Source of the DNA: Raillietiella orientalis
Taxonomy: Eukaryota
Reading direction: 5' to 3'
DNA: 64,000 nt
Assembly (NCBI GenBank): GCA_036172245.1
Contig: JAYWIR010000007.1
Span: forward strand, 2,046,001-2,110,000
Below are positions 25,932 to 39,579 of the stretch, piece by piece. Under the pieces are notes generated by a model, which was not told the origin of the DNA, ran no database searches, and was given only the letters and a program-made list of their open reading frames with translations. Position 1 is the first letter of the stretch, and each line of letters begins with the position of its first letter. The position numbers were made by a program, and so were the translations under genes.

Positions 25932-27599
25932 ATTTTGAATAACTTCCGTTTTTTTTCATTCAAGATATTTGGTAGTATAGCATTAGAATAAAGTTTCCCT
26001 GAACCCCATCCATTATTTCAAACTTTACTTATTAACAAATGAAAACTGAAAGCAAGTCCTTGCTTTCTCAATTCAAACCACTTTCCAGCTTGTTATATGA
26101 AATAATTTTAAAAGCAGGTATCTTATGTTATATTACATACTACACTCCAATCTTTATCTTTCAGAATCACAAAATGGTCTACAAAATCCAAATCTACCGT
26201 AACCACTATTTGATTTTCGTTTTCACCTCCACAGATGCTTATATTGGGAGCTCACAATCTGATTTTCTGCTGATACTGAGTCAAAGTATTTCTTTACATC
26301 ATCCGCCAAATTTATTAATTTCACCATTGAAGAAGTATTACAACAGAAGGCTACTCTGACATATTTGTGGTGTCTTGGAATGTACGAAAATCTCGAGTTT
26401 CATAGTGAAAAGTACTTTTCATTAAATAAATATACAAGTAGCAAAACCTACACTGGAGCAAGAAACATGTTATAACAGATCAAAGGAATGTTTATAAAGA
26501 CCACATAAAACAAATTTCAAAACCCAAAGCGCTGAATTCGGATGAAAATCTCACATCATTGTGTTCCTAATTTCATGGTCAAAAAGTTACTACCCATTCA
26601 TCATCATCGAGAGAGCAATCCAAAATGCACGTAATAAAATAAAGCACAGATATCGGGGGCATTCGATCGGGAATGGATTTACCATCGCGGTTTACATGTG
26701 CATCTTCCATCTTACAGGTGAAATTATTCTGAAATCGATCCTTGATGCGATCTCTCGATTGAGAGTTTCCAACCGTGGTCAGTACCAATTTATGTAAATG
26801 GGAACCGTGAAGTACAGAGAGGGACGTTGCGACACCGCGAGGAGGCGCGCGTTCGCACCCACGCGAGGGCGCCCGCGCTCGAACAAAAACTCGGCGACTC
26901 GTTCAGATGGGGAGTCCTTTAAAACATTCCCTCGACGGTTCGACCGCACTTGTGGGGGTGGGTGGGGTGGTCATCGGCATGGCTGAGCTCCCCAGCTTGC
27001 ACCCCGGGCTCAGTTGATCCCCACGAAGTCACGGTGTAGTTCGCCCCCCCTCGACGACAAGATGAAGCGTGCGACCTCGGGAGCAACCTTTTTCGTTTCG
27101 GTGCTCTCCAAAAGGTTCAACGAGTACGAAAATAATTTACCGAATAGGAGCAAATCATGCAAATGCATGAACGGGGAAATACGAGCCACAAACAGCGAAG
27201 TTAAATAAAAATGCAGATTACCTCTGAAAACTAACAGAAGAATGCAAGCACAAAATGATATAAAAACCAACTCAAAATCTATCAGACTTTCCCGAGCACC
27301 CACTCCATCATTTCATACACAGGGTGTCTAAAAATGTGAAAGTTTAAATACTCATAGACAGTATTCACGAGGATTTAATAACCTAAAGAAAACTACTGAA
27401 AAATCAATTCCCTTCTATCAATAACCTCTTCCTCACAACTTTCCTTAGAGACTCGATCCCCACAGGGTGGTTTTAGCTGATTTCGTCTCTATGTGAACTC
27501 TTCCTATTGAAATTCGACAAGTGTTCTTGAATTCAATATACGAAAAATGAATTACATGATAATCAAGTTATTTGAAGAAACTGACTTGAAAAAAAAAAA

Positions 27600-28150
27600 A
27601 AAAAAAAAGGAAGCCTTTAAGAATACTAACGATCGATGGAAGTATGAGTTTCTAGAAGAGCTTCAAGTAAACGAATTCACTGCATCAAATGGTTGACACG
27701 GAAAATTCCTTGAATAAACTTTTCGTGGAGAAAGGAATTTAATATGGCACTTCTTTCTGGAGACGAGAAAAAAACACTGTTTTTTCTATTCCAAACTTTG
27801 TAAGATAAGAGATGTATATCAAATGTCTGATGATGGAATCTAAAATTTTCGTGGATCAGTAGTGTTTACCGAGGAAGACTTTCCGAAAGCAAAAGACAGA
27901 ATTGAATTGGCGTGCAGGTGTTTCCACTCCCGGTTTGAAAATTTATTATACAGGAATTTGGGCTGCTTCTGCTTCCAGGTCGAAACATGGTTCTTAGTAA
28001 CTGTAAGCAAAAAAGATTCTGTTTCTATGTCTAATGAATTCGGGAGATTGGCTTATTTAAAATACTGGATGATTTCAAAAACATTTATTCAATATTATGA
28101 CTCTGATGACCAGGTTTTCTTGTTATATCGTGCTAGATCACAAAACTCGA
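27600..28150 (+). mobile_element. Degenerate pogo/Tigger transposase relic between FNTB and MAX
   Basis: ELQVNEFTASNG* (cf. F.ASnGWl of the HTH CENP-B domain) and KAKDRI (cf. K.sKdRiT). Confidence 0.4.
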
Positions 28151-29440
28151 AGGAAGAAATGCTTCATCTTTAACACAAAACTGTTGTATTCCATACTTTC
28201 TTGTAAACTTACTGGTTGTTTCAACCTACGAGTTTAGTGTGGCTTAAAAGTATCAAATTAAGTATTAGCAATGTTTCCGACAGATGGCCACCTTCAGAAG
28301 CACTGATTTAAACACAAGGCAGCCAATGGTAGTCACATCCAGAGTCACCAATCCAGAAATTCCTAAAAGAGGTCGTGGCAAGATATCTGCTGATATGACG
28401 CAAAGAAAACGTATGTTCTGTCACTATCTGAGCTTATCCTGTAAAATCCCATAGGAAGATGGCTGATCTTACTATGGATCATACACGGCGAAATCGCCTA
28501 TTCCCTCGAAAACTTCATCCAAAAGTTCTGATGTTTTCGTGTATGGTGGACTGTTTATTTTTTTTCCATTTTCAAATCTCGAAACAGTATTTGATAGATG
28601 AACCTATGTAGGTAATTTTCAGATTCCCCACATGCCCTGAAGGATTCGTCTTTTAGATCGCCTGACCAGTGCCTTGGCTGATGTCACATAAGAAAGATAC
28701 ACATGAAAATACAATAGATAGTGCTGTCTCCATTAAGTTTTACGAAACACGCTTTCGTTTTAACATAGCTTTTAATTTTTCATTATGTAAATACAAAAGA
28801 AAAACACTGATATCTAGGTATTTATGAATTCTTAAGCATCATCATCATCCAGCAATAGGTGATTTTTTAAAAAGTAGTCTAAATTCGATTATGGAAATAA
28901 TGAAAAAAACTCTCCAGCATGAATACAATGAGCTCATAATGGGAATAAATTTAGTTTTATAATGTTTTCATTTTAATTGGAGCCATTTGCTCAAAGTTCA
29001 CTAGAGCATTTTTTTTGCATCTGTTCTCGAGTATTTTTTTTGATGAAGGAAGTACTAAAACATTGTCTGTATCTCACCAATGATAATTTTCATGCATTCT
29101 ACCTACATTCCATGAGTCTTTTTAATTGTGAATTTAAAAGAGAACAGGAAAATTAAGAGTCAATTTACTCTAAATAATCAAGAGAATAATAACTATAGAA
29201 ATAAAGATTTTAAGACCTGACTTCTAAAAGGTCTGATTTTTTTGAACCGTTGCTGGATTATTTACAGCACTGTCAGTTATTTGTAGCTACACCCTGTCTA
29301 TAGATCCTGGTAATGCTGACAAGCTCAACAAACAAGCATGGTATCCGTAAAAAGTCGCAGGATGAGCTGTTAACTCAGGTCTTTTTTTTATAAATAAAAT
29401 TGTACCGAGCCCCATTATTTTGATATTATACATCACCGTA

Positions 29441-30398
29441 ATGAGTGACGACGATCGAGATGTTGACATCGAGAGTGATGTAAATACTTTTTTTTTTTTT
29501 CATTGCAGTTGTTGAAACTTTACTTTTTATTTGATCACTGCTATCCAGTTGTGTGCTCGTAGTTTTTGAACATAGTTGATTAGAACGTTTCATTTTAAAG
29601 ATAATTTAGAACTAAATTTCAGGATTAAAATGAAGAGAATAACAGTTTTTCAATATTTACATTGAATGGTATTTTTAGGATGATATTTATGATGGGGATG
29701 GTACAAATGACCACTTGGGATTAAATCAGAAATACAATCAGCATGCTAACCAGGTTCGTATTTTTAAAGTGTAAAAGTTTTTATGTTTGATCATATTGGT
29801 TCTAGGCTGATAGAAGAGCACACCATAATGCTTTAGAAAGAAAAAGACGAGATCACATCAAAGATTCTTTTAGTAGCTTAAGAGATTCTGTACCTTCCTT
29901 ACAAGGCGAAAAGGTATATGTTATTTCAAGCTTTCTTATAAATTAAATCTTTGATAATGCTTCACGTATTTTTAAATTAAATTATCTGTAGGCAAGTAGA
30001 GCCCAAATTTTGAAAAAGGCAGCAGAATATATTCAGTTTATGAGGAGAAAGAATTCTGCGCATCAACAAGACATCAATGATTTGAAACGACAGAACCAGT
30101 TGTTGGAATCGCAGAGTACGTATATTCTTATACTTATCTATAATGTATGCATTTTTTTATTATAAATTTCATCATTTAGCAACTAAATTGGCCCTTGTAT
30201 TTTCAAGTTCGGGGCCTTGAAAAGGCTAAAACAACTGGTAACTATGCCTCAATATTACTGGATAGATCCCTAGTGAAATACAGATCTGAAGATTCCAAAT
30301 CTCCTGAATGTCCATCAAGTTCTGATCATTCAGACTCTGAATCTCACAATGGTATCAAGTTAGAACCTCAGTTGAAAGAAGAACCTGGTTGTGAATAA
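29441..30398 (+). CDS. MAX: Protein Max (bHLH-Zip, Myc partner), 178 aa, 5 exons: 29441-29479, 29679-29753, 29806-29913, 29992-30115, 30208-30398
   Basis: [13 protein letters not shown]|...|[88 protein letters not shown] introns of 199, 52, 78 and 92 nt keep the frame. Confidence 0.98.
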
Positions 30399-31823
30399 TG
30401 TTATGACATTTAAGTGGTGAATAACAAAGGACTTAATTATTTTCATGTTCTGTGATGTTCTGTTTCTGGACTAAAGTAACACTTGTGGTGCTCTTAAGAC
30501 ATTTAAGCTGGATGGCATTAATGTAGAATGTTTTACAAGTTATAAATATAACAGCAGTTATAGGAATTATCATAAACATTGGTTTTGATTTAAAATATGA
30601 TTTAATGTCTGAAGTCTTCAATCAGTTTTTGTTGCTGCCTGCTGCTGTTGATTTGTATTTGATAGTTGGACTTAATTGTTAGTTTTGGGGGATTTATTTT
30701 CAAGTACTTTGATAATTATGTGGTTGAAATGAAATTATTTTGATCAGTACTCATTGATATATACGTATGTACATATATATTTGTTTGTAAAGTGATCTTT
30801 TTAAAATGTAAATTGTTCATTTACAAATGCAATTTGCTCATTTGATTAACAATTTCTTTTTTACTGAAGTTGTGGGTTATGCAATGCCATGTCTTGTTAA
30901 TATGTGATTTTGTATGCATATCCTGTACTTGATGTTTTAGTATTCATTTTCAAGAACATCAAAAAGTCAAGTTAAAAGTTGATTTCTGTTTGTCAGTTGG
31001 TTAATTAGTGTTCGCGTTAATTGATTTGTAAATGGGTTTTAATACTGCATTTTCATGAATTTCTGGGTTTATTCTTGAGCATCCATATGTTAGGGAAATC
31101 ATTTTTTCAACCAAGTAATCACAAGACCAACTATTTCTTGATCCTTTATAATGTTTAATGGAATGTGACTTGTTGTATAATGACGTGAATTGATTGTTCA
31201 ATACTTTATGTAAGTAGGATAGATTCATCAAGTAAAATTGAATGCATTCAGCTGAAGAATTATCATCTCTTTGTGTATTTTGGTAATTGTATTTCACTAC
31301 ATGCCCCTGATTTAGTCTTTCATTTTCCTTATGTTTTTTCTTGATGCTAAGAAATACCTTTTTTATTTTTTTGTGTACTTGATGTCTGAATGCAGAATGA
31401 GTTTTTACTTTTTTGTTGCAGGAGTGGTGGTTATAAATTGTGCTTTGGGGTCATTTAGGTGTTTGGTAAACATTGTAATGCACTGTTCAGAATAATGTTG
31501 ATTGTTGATTGGATAGCTTATCAAATCATGGTGCCATGTGGATCTTGTCAGTGCTTCATGCTTTGATGTTTGTATTTTTATTTTTTAAATATTTCCCAGT
31601 ATGCCGATGGAATTTAGTTTTTATCTTAATGTTTTTTCAACAAGTTTATTTCGCATATAAAAATTCTTTAGCCCTTGGATTGAGCATTCAGTGGAAATTT
31701 ATAAGTAAGAAAAGTAAGTGTAGTGCAAAAAAAAATTTTCATTTATGGAATTTTTTCACCTTGTTGGTTTCTGTAAATCCCATGCCTCTAATGATGTGTA
31801 AATTAAAGTTTCAAATTTCAATT

Positions 31824-31942
31824 GCAGACTTCGTTCTGCTGGCACATTAAGTACTGTAATGATTCTTACAGGAATGTTTGAGGATATCCTCAACCATTCC
31901 TGTGAGAATCATTGACATAATGTTTGACACAAAAGAAGCTGC
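31824..31942. repeat. Long palindrome/hairpin (MITE-like)
   Basis: 28-nt arms 31858..31885 and 31886..31913 are reverse complements with 2 mismatches, centred on GATATC. Weaker outer pairing (ACATTA/TAATGT, GCAGACTTC/GAAGCTGC). Confidence 0.9.
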
Positions 31943-33649
31943 TCCGAATCAGAATGGGCAATAGGACATTGCATTCATTCAGTTGTTTATCTACTGCTGC
32001 CAATCTTTTTCTTTCTATCCTTTTTTGTATCTCATATTAAGAGAAGCTTCAAGATTATTTGTACTTAATATCTTTTAAAATGAAAGAAATTGAACAAAAA
32101 AAATTGTTTGATTCGGTATTTGAAATCTGTTTGCTTGTTACCCTGTCTGTTGCTTTCCATTTGTCACTTCAGGAATTGAGTTCATTGAGCATTTTGGAAT
32201 TCCATTTTGTATGTGGCATTGGTGAATGTTCCAGTGAGACTGTGAAGATTATATTTGCGAATAATGGATTGCACATGTTTTTTTCCATACAGTTTGGGTG
32301 TAGCACCTGCTGCTTACACTGTCTTTTCATTCAGATAAGCAAACCTTCACTTGCTACTAAACAGAACGTTGTTCTTGAGTGTTGCAGCTTCAGATTCATC
32401 CTCAATGTATGTTTCTATGCTGCTTTTGTACTCGGGTGCAAAGGTTCCCACCGTTTTTGACATTTCATTTGTTTTCGTACATGGCCCTGCTTGCTTTGCT
32501 TACGTGGCCTGGGCTCTTTGTGAACATACTTTGCATCGTCAATGCGTTCTCTTGCGTCATCCACTAACAAGAAAATGTGGTCATGTGTACACATTAATTT
32601 GTCTCATTTTTCTCACATTATATGTCTATATCTATCAAATTATCGTCTGTACAATGTTCGGTGTGCATACCCTCGTGGATGAAACATAATTACTGGAGAA
32701 GATTTGTGTATTCAGTTTTTTAATCTTCTGTGCCTTTTTGCTCACATTTCATCCGAAGGTTGTATTTGCATCGTACCATGTATGACAATCACCTAATTTA
32801 TAGGGATGCTTAGCCTTTAACCCAAACGTATCTCATATACTTATACCTATCTATTATACTTGCCTTTCGTGTAAATTTCGTGTGCTGCCCCTTTGCCCCT
32901 TCCTCACACTGACACCTCTTAAGAGTGTGGTTTTTGTCGTCTAGGTGATTGAACTTGATTTGAGCACGAGATCGTTCGTCTTCACTTTAATCTCTTGAAG
33001 TGTTTTCGAGATGTATGGAGATTCCTTGCAACGTATGCTGCTGTCATCTTATAAGGCGTGAATTCCAAGTGCAGTAAGATTACTGACCAGTTACTGCTCA
33101 TTCTAGAGCCATCTTCCTTCTCTTTTCTCATTCATTTTCGACTACGGGCATTGCCTGGAAAAAGCACAAAAAGGAAGGAAAAAACATCACCGTTTTATTT
33201 AATTCATCACACTCGTGGGTTAGCTATTCCGGAGTGAAAGCTGGCATTCTCCCCGCTTTTAAGATTTGGGACATTGGAACAGAAAGCGAGTTTGGATGCC
33301 AGGCACGAGGGGAAGGTGCATTTCTTTGATCGTATTTCATGCATTTGGTGAACTAGGAAGCATCGTCGAAAAACTTTGTCAAAAGTGGAATCGGTGAATA
33401 GATGAGGACACGTGATGGTACGGACCTAACCGCTGCTTAGAAAGGCTCCCAAGTCAAAAGCGACGGTGGCGTGGGCTGCGAGCCGCCTCACGGTCCACAT
33501 CCCCATCGCTTTTGACTGTACGAGTGATGGTACATGGAACACGTAATTAATCAGAAGGTTTCTTCAAGGGCTTTGCAGGAAATAATCGAATAGTAAGGAA
33601 AGGCGTGGCGCCAAGCTCTAATCTTGGAAGGTCTAATTCTTGCATAGGA

Positions 33650-35000
33650 AGGCGTTGAAGTAAAAACCCTCATCGTCGTTAATTTCCAACAGACCGATTT
33701 GGATGATTAATGGTAGGAAAATGTATCGTGTCGTCGTCTCCCCGTTTTTGTTCGAAGGCAGCAACAAAATGCATTCTTTGGCTCTTTCGCGAACATCAGC
33801 AAAGCAAAAAGAGGGAAACTGAAAGCGCGGGAAAGCATTTTTTCCATTTTCCAGTCTTTTTTTTTTTTTTTTCAGCGGTGATTTCATAATCCAGCGTCGC
33901 CGTGGTTTGCAAATAATTAGGAAGAGTACTGCGTGTTTCACGTTTATTTTTGCGAAGAAGTGGCGAGAATCTGAAAGAGCCCTTCTGCTCTGGTGCCAGG
34001 CACGCACCATCGAAACGGTGGAGTTTGGGCACCAAAGAGTACCTTTTTGGATTTTAGTCGGCTTGGGCTGGACACGCATCCAAAGTTACGGGGATGCTGA
34101 TAGCCCTGCAAGAAACTTCTTGTAGGCTTCTGCAGTACAGGCGGATGGTTTGTGTGCGATAACTGAAAGCACATGACATTGCTGCCTTTTGCCAAGGTGT
34201 ATTTTGTGCCATGGTGCGGCCAGCTGAAGAAAAGACTCCAAAATATAGGATTGGGCTGAGGACGTGGAACACTTTCTGTTGACGGAGAAACGCCACGCTC
34301 ACGTGTTTTAACTTTACCCCATCTTAGGAACTTGCAGACCGAACCACATTTGCATCAGTATTTCCTGATTTCTGCCCTCGGTTTTTCTCAGAGTTGCCTC
34401 CTGCTGTCTTCCTTAACTTTACGCGCCTCGTCAGGAAATTCCTCCAGTAAGGCGGCCGCCGCGTGGGCGTGCTGCGGAATCTTTTTCTCCGCGAGAAGAC
34501 GAGTGGGGTCAGTAACATCGTCCCCGTTCCCAATCTTTAGTTTTTTTCGCCTCGAGGCTCGTTAATAGCGTTCGTTGCTAAGCTGAAGTACGTGGCGTAC
34601 GCTGCCCATGGCGCATGTTCATCGTTGAGGTGGTTCCACGCGTTCATCTTCATCCGGGAAAGCGCAGGCATTTCTCTTGCAAGCTCCTCTGACTTAACGG
34701 AAATCGTCATCCGTTTAATCGGAACCATCCCGAAAAACCGCAAGGAGAGCATTCTCACTTCTTGCTCTGCACTTTTGGCGCCACTGGTCCCGTGAATCTC
34801 GACAGGGACAGCTGGTTCAAAGTCTGGGGTCGAGGCGTCAGAGGTGCAGGATGAGAATGACTCGGTAGGGAGGGCATCACGAAACCAAGAAGCTGAGGAC
34901 GTTGATGGCACCGTAAGACGGAGACGGCGCGCTGTGCGGCTTAGGTAACTTTGGACGACAAAGATGGCACGCGGCGCATACGGCTCTGTTCGATGCAGAT
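33650..35000 (-). mobile_element. Degenerate non-LTR (Jockey/CR1-like) reverse transcriptase relic
   Basis: Fragments in RT order on the minus strand: VLSPILY (cf. GVPQGSVLSP.LY), AKINVK (cf. kiN..K), YIFLPLI. Confidence 0.35.
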
Positions 35001-37257
35001 GGCTCCGGGCGACTGAAAGAGGCGACCGTCATGCTGTCAGCTGACGACATTTCGCGGGCGCCGTGAAACGAGGGACGTACGCGAATGGTGTCCTCCCTCA
35101 AAGGTAGCCATCGAGAAAGCGAACGGCTTCCATTGTGTCACCTTGAAAGCCTTGCTATCTTTCTAGTGATGTTTTCTCCAAATAGTCACTCAACGAATTC
35201 TCTATTCCGTTCCCACAGAAACCGAACTGAACTTCCTCGTGATGGACATGTGATGGAAGCGGATGCTGCATCGCGCGGCACGAAAGCGTAGCTGCCACTC
35301 GGTGTCGCAGGTCCTTTCCTGCCGAACGGAGAAGGAACTTTCTGTGCGAGTTTTTTTTCCTTTTTTTTCTTCCAAGTGCAGCCCTTGGAATGCAGTACAG
35401 TGTACACACGTGTCAGCGGCGGAAGCAAAAAGAGCGAAGGGCCACTCCCCACGCCCTGGGAGTCGACCTGGAACGATTCTTGCTCGGCTTGTTGCTCTGT
35501 GTGGGCAGGCGCGTGGTCCAATTTTTCTGCTTCCCTCTGACACGTGTGCAGTGCAACCGCATTCATCTTAAGCGCAGGCTGAAGAAACCGCAACCGCGTA
35601 CCCCCGAGGCAATGTGGACTTTTTTTTTTTTTTGCTTCTTGCGCATCGCCCTCCCTCCCCGTCTCTGGACCGCTGACTTAAGGAGAGCACGCGAGGGAGC
35701 TTCACTTGGCCCGGCTGCGAGTGAGCGATCCTGACTTCGACTTGGCTAAGTGCCTTCTCATCTCGGATTTCTGGACCATTAGTTTAAGTAACATTTTTAC
35801 AGCTAGAGAGGACCGACGTATGCCAGTCCTAACGGACGGGACCCTGCTGGAGATGGAACGAGGGAAAGATGGAAAGAGGAGGGAGGACCAATGAATAAGC
35901 AGCGAATGCGATGGACCATCCTCAGGGTACCAAGCAAGATTCCCGAGACCCTGCGTAGGGCATGAACCTGCGTAGGTGGTGGTGAAGGAATGGATGTGTC
36001 GCACTGGAGTTTTTCGAGCTACCCTGACCACGGTTGCCTGAGTCCCTCTTGTGTTTCGCACCCCAGTTTCGGCCGTCCCGCTGCCCTTGGCGATTGCAAA
36101 CGGCCCCTCGAGATGACGGCCGTACCCTTCGCGAACCTACCGGACCACATCCGTCTTTGTGACGACCGCAGCCCGTGTCTCTCCACCCCGTCGTCACCTG
36201 CCCATTCATCTGGCGACCTCACGCTTCCCTGAGTCGCGTGCAGGGAAGCGGATGGTGCCAGCAACGACTCCGGAGGCTGTGGTGCTCTTCCGTTCGTCCC
36301 TTCCTCGGGAGTGAGGTAGCTCACTGCAGGATATCGGTGGAATTCGAACCGGGCGGTGGTAGCTGGGCCGTGAGATCGGCCCCTTCGGCGTCCCTCCTTG
36401 GAACTGGAAGGCGGTGCCCTTGACTCTCCGGGCGGCTCTGCGAACTCGAATTTCAGTGATCGCGCGCTGAGGCGGCCGACGTGGGAGGTTCGTCGGGCCG
36501 CAGCCATTCTCGTGGGTCTGTCTCGCCGGTTGGCTGGAGGAGTCGATCCGAACCTTCGTTACCGACTGTTGCGCTGGCTGAGGATTCAAAAGCAAGAAAA
36601 AAAAAGAAAAAGGGAGATCTTCGATGGTTCGCCGGTGACGCACTCATCACCACAGGACCCGCACCGTGGATGTGGGTGCTTGCGGAATCCGCCCCGAATG
36701 CAGACTTTCAAAGGAAGGGGAGGGAAGCACTACCACGAGCCAAAAGAAAGAAGAGACCATCGGGAATGGTTACGAGAGCAGCAGCAGCAGCAATCGCGTA
36801 AAGGGGGAGGATGGTAAAACGGGAGATGAGCAGCTGCAGACTGGTCGCAAGAAAGGAATCCCGGACTGACCGCGGAGTGACCAACAATTCACGCGCGTCA
36901 ATTCGCGTGCCGAGTCGCGTAGGCTCAACGGAAGCGACGACCTATGTCGCAGCACTGGCTTGCCTGGGCCCCACCATCCCTGTTTTCCTCTTCGGAGGGG
37001 ACTCCGGAGGGGGTCCACTTCCGATTGCGGCCGGTCAGCGGAGCTTCCGGTTGGCATTGCGCAGCACAAGAGCTGCACCAGTGTGGTACTGGTGCAACTC
37101 TTGTGCTGACACCTGAAGCCTCCAGCCTCGAAGCATCCGGCAGCCATTGGCGAAGAAAAAAAAAATGGAAGGCGAAGAAGAAGAAGGCTCTAGAGTCATC
37201 CTGCAGGGCACCCGAAACTCACGATGCATCGATCCCTGGCATCGATCCCCTTTACTG

Positions 37258-37335
37258 GGGGGATTCGAACCTACTCGGTGTCGCGCGCGGTCGCCTCCAA
37301 CGTGGGCGAGCAGCTGCCGACTCGACAGCCGCCCC
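37258..37335 (-). repeat. tRNA-derived SINE-like head (decayed)
   Basis: Perfect B box GGTTCGAATCCC with an A-box-like TGTCGAGTCGG upstream; no intact cloverleaf. Confidence 0.35.
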
Positions 37336-39579
37336 CTCCTGTGCATCCGGGATCGCGGAGCGTGCAAACGCGCTACCTCGACTTCGGGAGCAGACCGTCC
37401 AGGGTCCCCTCCGAAGACGAAAACAAGAAGCTGAAGGGAAAACATCGTCATCCCAGCTCGGCCGGACGAGGATCCCCCATCGTTTCCTCGGTCTTCCCAC
37501 CGTCTCGGCCGGATGTCCAGGTCAAGCAAGACGCACCACAGAGTCCGTAGCTTTCGTTGAGTCGGCACACGGATTCACCTGGACACTCGGACTAAGACAA
37601 ACGGGCGAAAAAAGAAAGGGACCGCACGTTCATCGCGCCTCATGCAATGGGCACAGCAGGGTGACCGTGCGTCCAGCCGCATGAGGCACGTGGAAGCGGG
37701 CGCGAGGGGTCGGGGCTGGGAAGGTGGGACAGTTGCATCCTCCCTCCGAACGCAACCGCGGAAGACGCTCCTGGATTTTCAAGGAGGACGGACAGAATGG
37801 CGGCTCGAACAGTGGTTGCAGTGGGTGTTCCTCTTGTTCTCATCTTCTGCCTCCAGAAGTCGCTTCCTCGTCTCATCTCCCTTTTCCTCTCCTTGTGTGT
37901 GTGTGGGGGAAACAAAGCGAAGCACCAAGCATTTCGAATTCGTGCTCGCTTCTTGGAAAGGGATGCGAAGCCGCTGCCGTCCTTCCAGGAGAAGGGCGAG
38001 CGCCGCGGTTCCGACACGTTCCGACCGTCGTCTCCTGGAGGGATCCAGAGTGCTCCAGGCGTGCCTCACGCGCTTCGGGTTTCCCACCCGAAGAGTCTCG
38101 GGCGGCGTCCGCCTTCCGCCCCGCTCGAGGTCCTTGGCGAGGCGCCTCCATCGCCACAGGAAGCGCACGGCCGGGCAGGAGGCCACCCTCACTCGCGGGG
38201 GCGGCGAGGACAAGTACGGCTTCGTCCTCCCCTGTTCTCTCCTGGGGGAAACGAACACAGCCGAAGCGTCCTGCGCGAGGACAGGCGTTCGGACGTGAAG
38301 GACGTCGGCTCGGTGTCTCCGGTGCCGCAGCTCCTCGGAGCAGCCTCCGCTCGCATCAGCTGCTCTCCGATGTCGCGTCCTCTGGGGGGGAGAGCTGCGT
38401 AACGGGCGAACTCCAGTCTAACCCGGAATTTTCCTGTTCACCAGGATTTCCTACCTTTTCTTCCCGCTCCGAAATCCTCCTTGGTGATTTTTTTTCCGCC
38501 CTTTTTGTTGGCGTGTCCTAGGATTCGTCTTCGCCAGGGTCTGGGCTACTCGTTGCATTGCCTCGCTGGGGGGTTCACTTCGTACAGGCTGGCAGGAAGC
38601 TCTGCTTCCTGCCGAGTTTATGGATGCGTCCGCACCCGAAGTCCACTTAAGGGGAGGGGTTGGGGAGGTACATAGGAAAGGGAGGGAGTAAATGAAAAGA
38701 AAAAAAAAAACATCGGTAGGGGTAGGGTGAGGTCATTGGGTCAACGACCGCCCTCGAAGAGCTGGAGTGCTATGAGAGGAGGCTCAGTTCCTGCAATCCC
38801 CGTGATCGATGAAGGTCATTTCCGTGCTTCTTGCAGCAAGAAGGCTGCTGGGAAGATAGGCCGCCCCTTCCTCTTCAAATGCTGGAGTGCTGCATACGCA
38901 GCTTTGCGGAGGCAGCGCCGAATGGCCGCAGTCCCGGAGATCGGAGTCCGGACATTCAGACCTCTCAGGCTCCTCAGCTCGTGATGGTGGCACGAGAACG
39001 CGTTCTCGGGGCTGAGGGCGTCGCCTCAATCCCGAGATCCTGGTTCGCAGGCACCCTCTTCGCGCGGTGCCGCCTGCCTGTTGCACGGGACGGTTCTCCG
39101 GAGGGCGGACAGGCACGCGCCGCTCCGGCCCTGCCACCTCGCGGCCACACAGTCAACTCCCTCCTCCGCGCGGAACCAACAACGCCTCGCGCACTCTGCC
39201 ACAAGCGTCTTAATTCCCTTTTTCGCAGGGCGGATGGCATCCCCCCCCTTGCGGTCCGGCAGCTGCCTGGCATCCAGCCATTCCTCCTCACCCGCAGTCG
39301 CCAGCCATCCGCTCTACCTGCCATCTTTTTTCCTTTCTTTTCTTTTACGAACGGATATTAGCAGAACAAGAGATTTCTTTAGGGAATGTGGCACTCTCTT
39401 CTCACCAAACCTTTTTTTTTTTTTTTCCGGGTTTTTTTTTTGGTTCTCCAGGAGTGCAGAAGAGACGCTCTCCTCCTTAGGAGGGAGTTCACGGAGCTCT
39501 TCAAGGCCATCCGCGCCACACAAGAGTGCGTGTTGACTCTTCTGAAGTTAGGGGGCAACTCTGGAGGGGGACCTCCCCA

